Positions 22,901-32,526 of a DNA stretch of 38,671 nt are shown one piece after another. The stretch lies in assembly GCA_038087875.1 (NCBI GenBank), contig JAXLNO010000062.1:372001-410671 (forward strand). Reading direction: 5' to 3'. The position numbers and the translations under genes were made by a program. This stretch comes from Malacoraja senta. Its lineage: Eukaryota. Under the pieces are notes generated by a model that did not search any database, was not told the origin of the DNA, and worked only from the letters and a program-made list of their open reading frames with translations. The first letter of the stretch is position 1. Each line of letters starts with the position of its first letter.

Positions 22901-23847
22901 CATCAATGCAGATGTGAGCTTAATCTTAAGTGGAATCAAGGGATCAGCAGAAAAGAAGTTGGAGAAGATGGGTCATCTAGTCTACAGCTATGGAAAGGAG
23001 AAATTTGGTGAGAAGGAACAACTCAGCAGGAAAGATAGGACTCCTCCCCCCAAGTCCCGTCGTCTCCAGGAAATCCAACGACGTTAAAGAAAGGAGAAGC
23101 CTGAGGAAGGTGTGGAAAAAAGCAACAGCAGAAAAAAGGGAGGGCATCAATCTCCTTCAAAAGGCTCTAAAACAGAGGCTCTCAAAGGTGCGCAGAGCGG
23201 AGAATTTAAGGAAACGACGCAAAAAGAAGGAAAAAGCAAGAACAGACTTCTACAAAGATCCCTTTAAGTTTGTGAAAGGCATTTTCACTAAAGAAAAAAG
23301 CGGATCCCTGAACGTCAAAAAAGGAGGTTGAAGGACACATCAGAACAATCCACACTGATGAGTTAAAAGATGAACCGATTTTTGTCCCCGCTGACATCCC
23401 ACCAATCTCACCCCACAACATCAATTTGACATCAGCCCTCCCAAGCTGAGTGAGGTAAAAGAAATAGTGAGGAAGGCAAGAACGGCCTCTGCACCAGGCC
23501 CTAATGGTGTTCCGTATTGTGTCTACAAGAATGCCCCAGATATTCTGAAATTCCTCTACAGGAACCTGAGGGTTGCGTGGGAAAAGGAAGTCATCCCCAA
23601 AGCCTGGCGAAGAGCAGTGGGAGTCCTGATCCCAAAAGAAAAAAAATTCTTCCACCATCGAACAGTTTCGGCAAATAAACCTTCTTAACAAAGAGGGCAA
23701 GATCTATTTCAGTGTGGTGGCGAAAAGACTTACAAAGTATCTGAAACAAAACCATTTCATTGATACGTCAATCCAAAAGGCTGGCATAGCAGGCTTCTCG
23801 GGATGCCTTGAACGTACCAACATCATACGGCATCAAATCCAGACTGC
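19915..23847 (+). mobile_element. Hero/R2-group non-LTR retrotransposon with restriction-like endonuclease; two partial copies head-to-tail
   Basis: SAPGPNGVPY, QKAG..GFSGCLEH, FLDLANAYGSVPH, GCTISP, RAYMDD, CSLC..HILTGC, YTWRHNQVL, RPDMVLWS..VELTVPWE..ERKKTKY; then N-terminal CRCGW..GLKIHQGRKKC at ~22610-22680. Confidence 0.88.
20543..20803 (+). mobile_element. AFC-like CORE-SINE, 5'-truncated, inserted in the Hero RT
   Basis: GTGTCCTTGGGCAAGACACTT core, CCCCAGGGCAGCTGTGGCTAC, L2-type tail TGTAAAGCGCCTTGAG..AAAGGCGCTATATAAAT; 5-bp TSD TTGTT (20538-20542 and 20804-20808) splitting NLHVL|FLDLANAY. Confidence 0.8.
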
Positions 23848-24089
23848 TTTTTCTGTGCTGTACTTTTATATGTTCTATGATTCTTGTGACCAAAGTTTAA
23901 AAGTTAGCCTGCCCCTCTTGAAAGTGAAGCCCATCTGGCTAAAACAGATGCTTGATCACCTGATTCGATCCAGGAAAACAGAAGAACGATGGAAGGTAGG
24001 AGAGGGTCGCTACCCTGCTGAATTTGTTTAAAGAGTTAAAATGTACAGAAATGTAGATGAATTTGAAACTAAAATATCAGTAGTTGATT

Positions 24090-25045
24090 TGTTTAGTTTA
24101 GTTTGTTTATTATCACGTGTACCGAGGTACAGTGAAAATCTTTTGCTGCATGCTAGCCAGTCAGCGGAAAGGCAATACATGATTACATTCGAACCATTCA
24201 CAGTGTACAGATACATAATAAGGGAATAAAGTGAATAACATTTATTGCAAGGTAATACCAGTAAAGACAGATCAAAGATAGTCTGAGGATCTCCAATAAG
24301 GTAGATAGTAGTTCAAGACTGCTCCGTAGTTGTGATAGGATGGTTCAGTTGCCTGATAACAGCTGAGAAGAAACTCCCTGAATCTGGTGTGAGTTTTCAC
24401 ACTTCTGTACCTTTTGCTTGATGGGAGCGGGGAGATGAGGGAGTGGACAGGGTCGACTCGTCCTTGATTATGCTGCTGGCCTTGCTGAGGCAGCGTGAGG
24501 TATCAATTGAATTAATGGAAGGGAGGTTGGTTCGTGTGATGGTCTGGGCTGCGTCCACAATTCGTTGCAATTTCTTGTGTTCTTGGATGGAGCTCTTCCC
24601 AAACCAACCTGTGCTGCATCCTGATAAAATGCTTTCTACGGCGCATCGGTAGAAGTTGGTGAGAGTTGTTGGGGACATGCCGAACTTCCTAAAGGGCCTG
24701 TCCCACATGCGATTTTTTTCAGTGACTGCCGGCACCCGTCATAGTCGCAGCAGGTCGCCGAAAATTTTCAACTAGTTTAAAATCCAGTGGCGATCAGAAA
24801 CATGTACGACTTTTTGGGCGACTACTCACGACCATACAGGCGCACTTCGCGGCATGTGCTGGCAGTCGCCGAAAAAATAGCCTAAGTGGGACAGGCCCTG
24901 AAGCTTTCCAAGGAAGTAGAGGTGTTGGTGTGCTTTCTTGGTCATTGCTCCAATATGGGTGGTCCAGAAGTTACTTCACTTCTCGGAATTTGAAGTTTTC
25001 AACCATCTGCACTTCGGTGCTGTCGATGCTAACTGGGGTATGTGG
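24090..25045 (-). mobile_element. Rex1-like LINE 3' fragment split by a MITE
   Basis: LTNFYRCAVESILSGC..KKLQRIVDAAQTIT..ASSIIKD; continues on the far side of 24693-24899. Confidence 0.82.
24693..24899. mobile_element. PIF/Harbinger-type MITE
   Basis: TIRs AGGGCCTGTCCCAC / GTGGGACAGGCCCT; flanks TAA and GAA (imperfect 3-bp TSD). Confidence 0.8.
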
Positions 25046-25254
25046 ACCCCAAGGTAGAGGGGATATCCAACCACAAGGTGACGTTTTATTTTACTGGGTT
25101 TTGTATGTCCATGAATCATGCTTTGAAGTGAATTATTTAATGATTCAAAGGTATTTTCATTATCATGCCAGTTAGTTATTTCTAGGTATTTATAATCAAA
25201 TATCTATACTTTATTTGGTAAATAATTTATCAGGTTAATTGCCCTATCTTGCAG

Positions 25255-25329
25255 ATTTGCCAATTATCCACTGAACAAATACATCACCTTGTAAGAATGA
25301 CACGAGACTTCGCAATTGTGTTTTATAAG
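25255..25329 (+). pseudogene. NEIL3: NEIL3 exon 5
   Basis: cttgcag|ATT TGC..TAT AAG|gtaaga, 75 bp; ICQLSTEQIHHLVRMTRDFAIVFYK. Confidence 0.92.
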
Positions 25330-26212
25330 GTAAGAATATGTATCTTTCCAAAAATGAATTGGGTTTTTGAATTATTTGAAAAAGATGTACCGGTAATTGA
25401 ATTTCTGCACTCAAGCACTTGGTGTAGAATGTGTGGGATGGTTCACATCTAAAATCTTCTGCACATTTGACAGATAACTTAGACCAACATGTACCATTAT
25501 TGAATTATGCATAGCATTTAATCTATTTTAACAAAAGTTGTGATATTAAAATATATCTGTGCTTTATATTTTTAAAGTGACTTTAATTCGTTTTCAAGAA
25601 TAAAATACAAGTAAGTTAGTTATGTTGTTCACTTAAGTCTACACCACTATCACACAAATATCAGAACTTGGGAGAATTTTTTAAAGTTTAGTTTAGAGTT
25701 ACAGCATGGAAACAGGACCTTCAGCCCACCGAGTCCCCGCCGACCAGTGATCCCCCATTCACTAGTTCTATCCTATACACTAGGGACAATTTGCAAAGCC
25801 AATTAACTTACAAACCTGCATGTCTTTGGAATGTGGGTGGAAACCAGAGCACCCGGAGAAAACCGACGCTGTGACAGGGAGAACATACAAACCATATACA
25901 GACAGCACCCTTAGTCAGGATCGAACCCGGGTCACTCATGCTGTACGGCAACAACTCTACTGCTGCGCCACTGCCACCCAAGTCAAAACAACTTTTTATT
26001 TGCTTATGTTAACGCTTAAAAGGCCCTATATTTTTGAAATATTTGGTCATCTCGAGTTCTGAAGCACAATTAATATCATTTGACTTGATTTAGACTTGAA
26101 AATGAAAGAAAAAAATAAAAGCTTCTTAATTTAAGGCAAACTCGGACGAATTGAAAAATATATTGCTTGCTGTGAATTCAACTCAACCATTAATGGATGA
26201 AATAGTACAAAT

Positions 26213-27150
26213 TCTCTTCTCTCTGTATATGCTCCCCCTAGGCCAAGTCATTCAATAGCACGGCATTTCCTTCCACTACTATGCAGACGATACACAGCTC
26301 TATCTCCTCCTGTAACCCGACAACCGCTCAAATCTACTCAGCCTTAGGCACTGCCTCGAGCTTATAAAGTGTTGGTTGGCGCAGAACATCCTCCAACTAA
26401 ACGAGAGCAAGTCTGAGGTCATCCTACTCGGCCCCTCGGACTCCATCAAAACGATAGCAGGCAGCCTTGGAAGCCTAACCTCCTTACTCAAACCGCACAT
26501 CAAAAATCAAACCATTCCTCCAATTCGACGACCTTGAAAAGATCATCCGCGCATTTATCTCCTCCTGCCTTGATTACTGCAACTCCCTATACACTGGCAT
26601 CAGCCAATCATCCCTGTCCTGCCTGCAATTGATCCAAAACACCGCAGCGAGACTTCTGATAGGCACCCGTAAAATGGACCACATCACCCCGATTCTGGCC
26701 TCTCTCCACTGGCTCCCAGAGCGGTACAGAATCAATTTCAAGCTCCTCCTATATGTATACAAAGCCCTTAACGGGCTTGCCCCCACCTATATCAAAAATC
26801 TGCTAACCCACCATTCTAACTCCAGGTCCCTCAGGTCGGCCAACATGACTATCCCGCGGTCCGGGTTTAAGCTCGGGGGTGACCGCGCTTTTGCGGTTGC
26901 AGCACCTAGACTGTGGGACAGCATCCCTCTTCTCATCAGAACTGCCCCCTCCATTGACTCCTTTAAGTCTAGACTCAAAACCTATTTCTACTCACAAGCA
27001 TTTCTTGAGGTCCTCTGAGGGAATGCTGTATGTATGTATGTATGTATTGTTAGATCTATGTACCATTGTATAGTACCTGCACTGATGTAAAGCACTTTGG
27101 CCAACGAGAGTTTTTAAATGTGTTATGGAAATAAAATTGACTTAACTTGA
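26213..27150 (+). mobile_element. L2-clade LINE 3' fragment with internal deletion
   Basis: LFSLYMLPLG, HYYADDTQLY, LQLNESKSE, LDYCNSL, IQNTAARLL..DHITPILASLHWLP, GDRAFAVAAPRLW; tail TGTAAAGCACTTTG..AATAAA. Confidence 0.9.
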
Positions 27151-27285
27151 AATTAGAAAAGGACAGCAAGGAGACGTGAATGGTGACGGAGTGGCTCTGT
27201 TAATTGATGATTGGGTTGGTACAATAGAGAGAGCTTGTCAACAATCAGGAAGTCGGGATGATAAAGCAACTGATGATCATCCTTA

Positions 27286-27453
27286 ACGGCCTGTCCCACT
27301 TGGCAATTTTTTCGGTGACTGCCAGCATCACTGACTGACGTATCAGGTCACCGAAAAAGTTGCGGCGTGACGTGGCGTGATGAAGTGTCACAAAAAAATT
27401 TTTGTCAATGACGCCGGCAGTTGCCGAAAAAATCGCCAAGTATGACAGGCCCT
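27286..27453. mobile_element. PIF/Harbinger-type MITE
   Basis: TIRs ACGGCCTGTCCCACTTGGC / GCCAAGTATGACAGGCCCT; TTA TSD at 27283-27285 and 27454-27456. Confidence 0.8.
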
Positions 27454-28011
27454 TTAATTCTTGGACCTCCTTTCACAATGACCAACAAAATGGTTATGCT
27501 CTTGTGAAAGTAAAACAATAATGAATGCAGTTATCATTTTGTTCGATCTACACAATGACTTAATGTTTAAAATCTTACTTGCCCATATGGTAAATATCAA
27601 AATCTTCTCTTTGGCTTCAGTACAATCACCATGGGTCAAATGACTTGTTACTACAGTTTGAGCTGCCGTCAATCCGGCGCCACTAGGGCTCGGGGAGGCC
27701 CCGACCACGGGTGAACATTGGGGAACATTGGAGGAGGATGACTGACTTTGGTGCCTTCCCTCACAGTGGCTAGCTTTGATTCTGCTGTGTGGGGATGTTT
27801 TGTGTTGAACTCTATTGTGTGTTGTGTTCTTTATTTTTATTGTGTGGCTGTATGGTGACCACACATTTCACTGTGCCAACTGGCACATGTGACAAATGAA
27901 TGTATCTTGTATCTTGTATCTTGAGCTCTTTTTGTAAACATTGCAAGGAGATTGTTTCTCTGAATCAGCCTAACCTATCTGCAATCATGTAATTGATTTT
28001 CTGTTTTTTAG

Positions 28012-28178
28012 TGTCAGAAGATTGGGTCAGCCTTGTACAAACATTTCAGAGTTTACAAGCACTCCACATGCGGACAGTGCCGTGGTAAAATCATTGTCTG
28101 CCGCCTTGGTGAGAATAATCAAATGACATATTTCTGCTCGCACTGCCAGAAGGAAAATCCCAGCCAGGTCAACATCAG
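28012..28178 (+). pseudogene. NEIL3: NEIL3 exon 6 (Fpg/Nei-type zinc finger)
   Basis: tttttag|TGT CAG..ATC AG|gtattc, 167 bp; CQKIGSALYKHFRVYKHSTCGQCRGKIIVCRLGENNQMTYFCSHCQKENPSQVNI. Confidence 0.94.
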
Positions 28179-28249
28179 GTATTCTCAACTGTATGTGGTG
28201 CAAAAATACAGTCCACCAGACTGAGAACTGAACTGAGCGGAGGCTGGGC

Positions 28250-28898
28250 ATTATGATAGTACAGTACAAGCCTTTGTCATTTTCTCCACCCATCTGCCAA
28301 TCAAACCACCCTCACCTGTATTCAACTATCACTTGCCATGTTATGTCCTGTGCGTACATCTTTTTCAGCTCTCTCTCCCCCCCTCCCACTACAATCAGTC
28401 TTAAGAAGGCTCCCAACACAAACGTTGCCGATCTGTTCCCTCCGCAGATGCTGTCTGACCCACTGAGTTACTCCAGCACTTCAAGCTTTGCAGGAAAGAA
28501 CTGCAGATGCTCGTTTAAATCTGATGTCAGGGGCGTGGGCTGGACAAAGATAGAATGTAGTCGGAGATAGTAAGACTGGTGGGAGAATTGGGAAAGGGAA
28601 AGGGATGGAAAGAGAGGGAAAGCAAGGGCTATTTGAAGTTAGAGAAGTCGATGTTCATACTGCTGGGGTGTAAGCTTCCTAATCGAAATATGAGGTGCTG
28701 TTCCACCAATTTGCACTGGGCCTCTCTCGGACAATGGAGGAGGCCCAGGACAGAAAGGTCAGATTAGGAATGGGAGGGGGGGGGGGGGTTAAAGTGCTGA
28801 GTAACCGGGAGATAAGGTAGGTGAAGTCAGACCTAGCGGAGATTTTCAGCGAAACGATCGCCGAGCCTGCGCTTGGTCTCACCGATATACAGGAGTTG
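28250..28898. mobile_element. Penelope-like element fragments: 3' tail (+, ~28250-28485) and GIY-YIG C-terminus (-, ~28629-28898)
   Basis: Minus strand LYIGETKRRLGDRFAE..QHFN..SVLGLLHC..KLVEQHLIFRLGSLHP.SMNIDFSNFK*, with in-frame stops. Confidence 0.85.
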
Positions 28899-29210
28899 AA
28901 CTGTGATTCAGAAAGTGTCAGGCAGCCACGTAAGTGTTTAAAATCTGTATGAAGCCAAAATAGTGGGTTGCATTTTTTTCTAAGAGATGCAGCGTGGAAA
29001 CAGGCCCTTTAAAGACCAGCGATCCCCATACACTGGTTCTGTGCTACAGATTAGGGACAATTCATTGTCACAGAAGGTTGCAGAGGTCAAGTCAATTGGG
29101 TATTTTAACGGCAGAGATAGATAGAGTCTTGATTAGTACGGGTGTCTGGGGTTATGAGGAGAAGGCAGGAGAAGGGAAAGATAGATCAGCCATGATTGAA
29201 TGGTGGAGTA

Positions 29211-30460
29211 TGTTTTAATATTGTGTTTCCTTACTGTAAACTGCTCCATTACAGCTCCATTACAGCTTCACAACTAATTAACGGAGGCTTTACACTCGAG
29301 CCTTGGGTTCAGCCATTGTTATTCAGGATCCATCTTGGCTGCAGCCTCGTGGGTATTGCATCATGGGTACTGCACCACCGATGGTGTTATTCCCATAACA
29401 TCCCCCTTTGTTTACAAAACACATATGTACAGGGACTTTACATGTATAGCAAGAAATTACATTCTTCCATCGCATCGTATTTCACTGAGTCCAACATGTG
29501 TCCGACAGTCCATATCCCAACATGCATTTGACAGTCCATTTCCGTGGTAGCTTTCAAATTCTCATTCCTTGGATCTGCGATAGTTCAGTGCTCAGAATTA
29601 TCAAAACTTTGAATAATACATGTCTGGTTTCTCATTTCCTTTCCCCTTTTTATTAATTAATTTATTTATTTATTTATTCGTTCCTTTCCTCTTTTTAATT
29701 TATTAATTTGTTTAGTTTTAAAATGGCCATTACCACTACCAAATAAAACTATGCATATCAAACTATAAAAGAACACAATAACATTAACTATTTAAACATA
29801 ACCTAATAGCCTTTTAAATCTGAAATCAACTACAAGTACAGACCCATATCCTTATTTGGGCACATAATCCTGCAGATAGCGTGGTTTTCGAATGCATCTA
29901 CCAGATCTTGTTGTCAGGGTTTGATGCTCCCTGGGGACCGGTTGTCGGCTCATAGGTTGATTGTCTCGCTCTGGTTTAGGCATCTTCACCAGGTCATCTC
30001 GATCAACCAGGGTTTGATGTTCCCTGGGGACCGGTGGTCGGCTCACAGGTCGATTGTCTCGCTCCGGTTTTGGAGAAGTCACCAGGTCATCCAGGTCAAC
30101 ATCAGCATGATGAAATGGCTCTTTAGTCCTCAGATGGCGCCGATTCCAACGATAGATGACGTCGTCCTTGGTCCTGACTTCATACGATCTGGGTTGCGCC
30201 ACATGGCCTACAACCACAACCTTCCTCTAGGGCTGATGTCGGTCACCGGTCGGCTTCACTCGAACTGGATCATCAGCTTTCAGGGGAATCAGATCTTGGG
30301 ATCCTCTGTTGTAGTAGTTTGCTTGTCTGTCTCCAGCTGCTCTCAACTCAGCTCCTACCTTTTTCTGAATTTCAGGTTTGAGCAGCCTCTGTGTAGTTGA
30401 TGGAATTGTCCTGGTACATCTGTTCATCATTCTTTGTACTGGACTGCTACTCATGCCAGG
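29211..30460 (-). mobile_element. Gypsy LTR retrotransposon 3' part (integrase tail, PPT, 190-bp 3' LTR)
   Basis: SPVQRMMNR.TRT.IP, RQANYYNR, PRSYEV, RWNRRHLR, TRSGR.IRKP.YL.DYV*; PPT AAACAAAGGGGGA then TG at 29400; LTR ends CA at 29211, where a CR1 tail is cut. Confidence 0.88.
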
Positions 30461-30464
30461 TGTT

Positions 30465-31315
30465 CCAGGAGAATAAAGCCCCGGAGGCCGGTCGTGAGTC
30501 AGTCAGCCCGGAAGCCGTGAGTGAGAGTTGAGTCCAGAATTGTGAGTGCTCCAGCCGTGCTGACTGAACTGTGAGTCCACAAGCAGTTAGTGAGAGTCGA
30601 GTCCAGAACTGTGAGTCTACAAGTCGCGCTGAGTGAATTGTGAGTCTACAAGCAGTTAGTGAGAGTTGAGTCCAGAACTGTTTGTGAGTGAATCCAGCTG
30701 TTAGTGAGTGAATATGAATCTACAAGCCGTGGCTCACTCAGGAAGTTGCATTCACTCCGGAGGTCGCGCTCAGTCCAGAGGTCCAACCTGAGTCCAAGGC
30801 CGTGCTCAGTCCAGAAGTCGGGCGTGAGTAGATTCAAGAGTTTTACTGTCAAATGTCCCGGATGTGTGTGTGTGTGAGTGAGTGTACATGTGTAAGTGTG
30901 AGTGTGTGAGAGATGGAGGGTGTGTGTGTGTGAGATGGAGTGTGTGTGTGTGTACGTGTGAGCCCACCAGCCGTAATTGAGTGAACTGCCAGCCCTCCAG
31001 CCGTGAATGAGTGAACTGCCAGCCCACCAACCGTGAGTGAACTGCCAGCCCACCAGCAGTGAGTGAGTGAACTGCCAGCCCACCAGCCGCGACTGACTGA
31101 ACTGTGAGTCCAAGAATCCATTGGACACACAATGTCCATACTAGCCCTCTGGAAACCAGTCCCTTCAGCCCACAACACCCATACTAGCACTCCAGAGAGC
31201 CCCACCCCCCTTACTTGCCACAACTATTGGAATTGGCGGAAAGAGGTGGAATATTGCATTGGGGGACCAGCCCTCCCATGTGAACATGGGACCCAACGGG
31301 TCCCACTTAGTCTAG
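30465..31315 (+). mobile_element. Non-autonomous Helitron-like element (3' end, with internal minisatellites)
   Basis: Perfect hairpin TGGGACCC-AAC-GGGTCCCA (31287-31305), 6 nt, CTAG (31312-31315), then T; upstream GTGAGT-rich and ACTGCCAGCCCACCAGC repeats; 5' end not identified. Confidence 0.65.
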
Positions 31316-31464
31316 TATTCTCTAATACTCTCTAATATTCTCTCCAAGTATTTCTAAGACTGTAAGACACTAGGACCATATGGCTCTATATAAATCTATG
31401 ACTCTATGACTCCAGAATTATGGCTCTGTGACTATGGCTCGATGCTCATAGGGCCAAAAAGTTG

Positions 31465-31872
31465 TAGATGCTGCCTGTCCCGCTGAGTTACTCCAGCACT
31501 TTGCGTCTATCTTCGGTGTAAACCGGCATCTGCTGTTCCTTCCTGCACAAAGTGCTGGAGTAACTCAGCGGGACTGGCAACATCTCTGGAGAGAAGGAAT
31601 GGGTGACGTTTCGGGCCGGGACCCTTCTTCAGTCTCGACTCGAAACATGGCCCATTTCTTCTTTCCAGAGATGCTGCCTGTCCCGCTGAGTTACTCCAGC
31701 ACTTTGTACCTGTCCACGTTCTCCACAGAGATGCTGCCTGACCCGCTGAGTTACTCCAGCACTTTGTACCTGTCCACATTCTCTCCGGAGATGCTGCCTG
31801 TCCCGCTGAGTTACTCTAGCACTTTGTGTCTACCTTTGATTTAAACCAGCATCTGCAGTTCCTTCCCACACA
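31465..31872. mobile_element. Cluster of Penelope-derived fold-back repeats with 3 x 60-bp tandem units
   Basis: Inverted arms ~31546-31615 and ~31640-31707; AGATGCTGCCTG.CCCGCTGAGTTACTCCAGCACTTTG with period 60 at ~31667-31830. Confidence 0.8.
31601..31632 (-). ncRNA. Minimal type-I hammerhead ribozyme core (Penelope type), activity unknown
   Basis: Minus strand CTGAAGA-A-GGGTC CC GGCCC-GAAA-CG-TC^ACCC has CUGANGA, stem II, GAAA, palindromic ACGU and a GUC site; stem I is weak. Confidence 0.55.
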
Positions 31873-31965
31873 AAATGCTTTCCTTACACGGTGCATCTGT
31901 AGGAGTTGGGGAGAGTTGTGGAGTGTAGTCTAGACCTTAACGAGCTGGGACAAAGTTGTACTTCC

Positions 31966-32232
31966 ACTGGACATCGATGCGTTGATCTGGGGACTCCTTT
32001 TCTCCGAGAGTATTGCTCACGGTGCAGAAATAGTCGCAGGTCTCGACCTGTATAGTGGCCCTCAGTCTGTATTCTGCACAATATCCCCACAGATCTGTAG
32101 ACTGAGAGCCACAGAGCTTTCTCCAGCTGTAAGAGTTCACTACAAGGTTGGCCTGTGATCCACACCGCAGTGTGATGTATTTACCAGCAGGAGGGGCTGT
32201 TGGAGCTGTGATCATCACATTGATAGGAGCGT
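31966..32232 (-). CDS. CD22/Siglec-like Ig C2-set exon (second); donor site GT>GG, reads through to TAA at 31937
   Basis: ccctgtag|AC GCT CCT ATC..GTC CAG T|ggaagt, 267 bp, phase 1-1; (Y)APINVMIT..ITLRCGSQAN..YSW..DYFCTVSNTLG..IDVQ. Confidence 0.75.
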
Positions 32233-32526
32233 CTACAGGGAGAAACATTCCCAGCGTCAGACACACACACACACAGTGGAGCTCCCTATATATTTACGTC
32301 CATTTGTCTCTCTCTGTCGGTCTCTGTCTCTCTCTCTATTCCTCCCCTATCTCTGTCTCTCTCTGTCTCCCTCCCTCTCTAAGACTCTAACATTCTCTAA
32401 ATCTAACATTAAGATTTTCCCTCCCTCTCTCTCCCTCTTCCTCTCTCTCTCCCCCTCTCTCCCTCCCGCAGTGCGGCGTTCCCTCCTTCCTGCACCTCCC
32501 TCCCTCCAGGAGAAAACTCCCAACTT

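Larger units (their letters stand above)
11544..28178 (+). pseudogene. NEIL3: Endonuclease 8-like 3 DNA glycosylase, unprocessed and truncated pseudogene (exons 1, 2, 3, 5, 6)
   Basis: Five colinear exons matching the recalled NEIL3 sequence and exon phases; TGA at codon 7 plus frameshift; exon 4 and exons 7 onward not found. Confidence 0.88.

Noticed and set aside
30500..31830. Regularly spaced repeats resembling a CRISPR array
   Set aside because: Eukaryotic context, no unique spacers, no cas genes; these are minisatellites inside mobile elements
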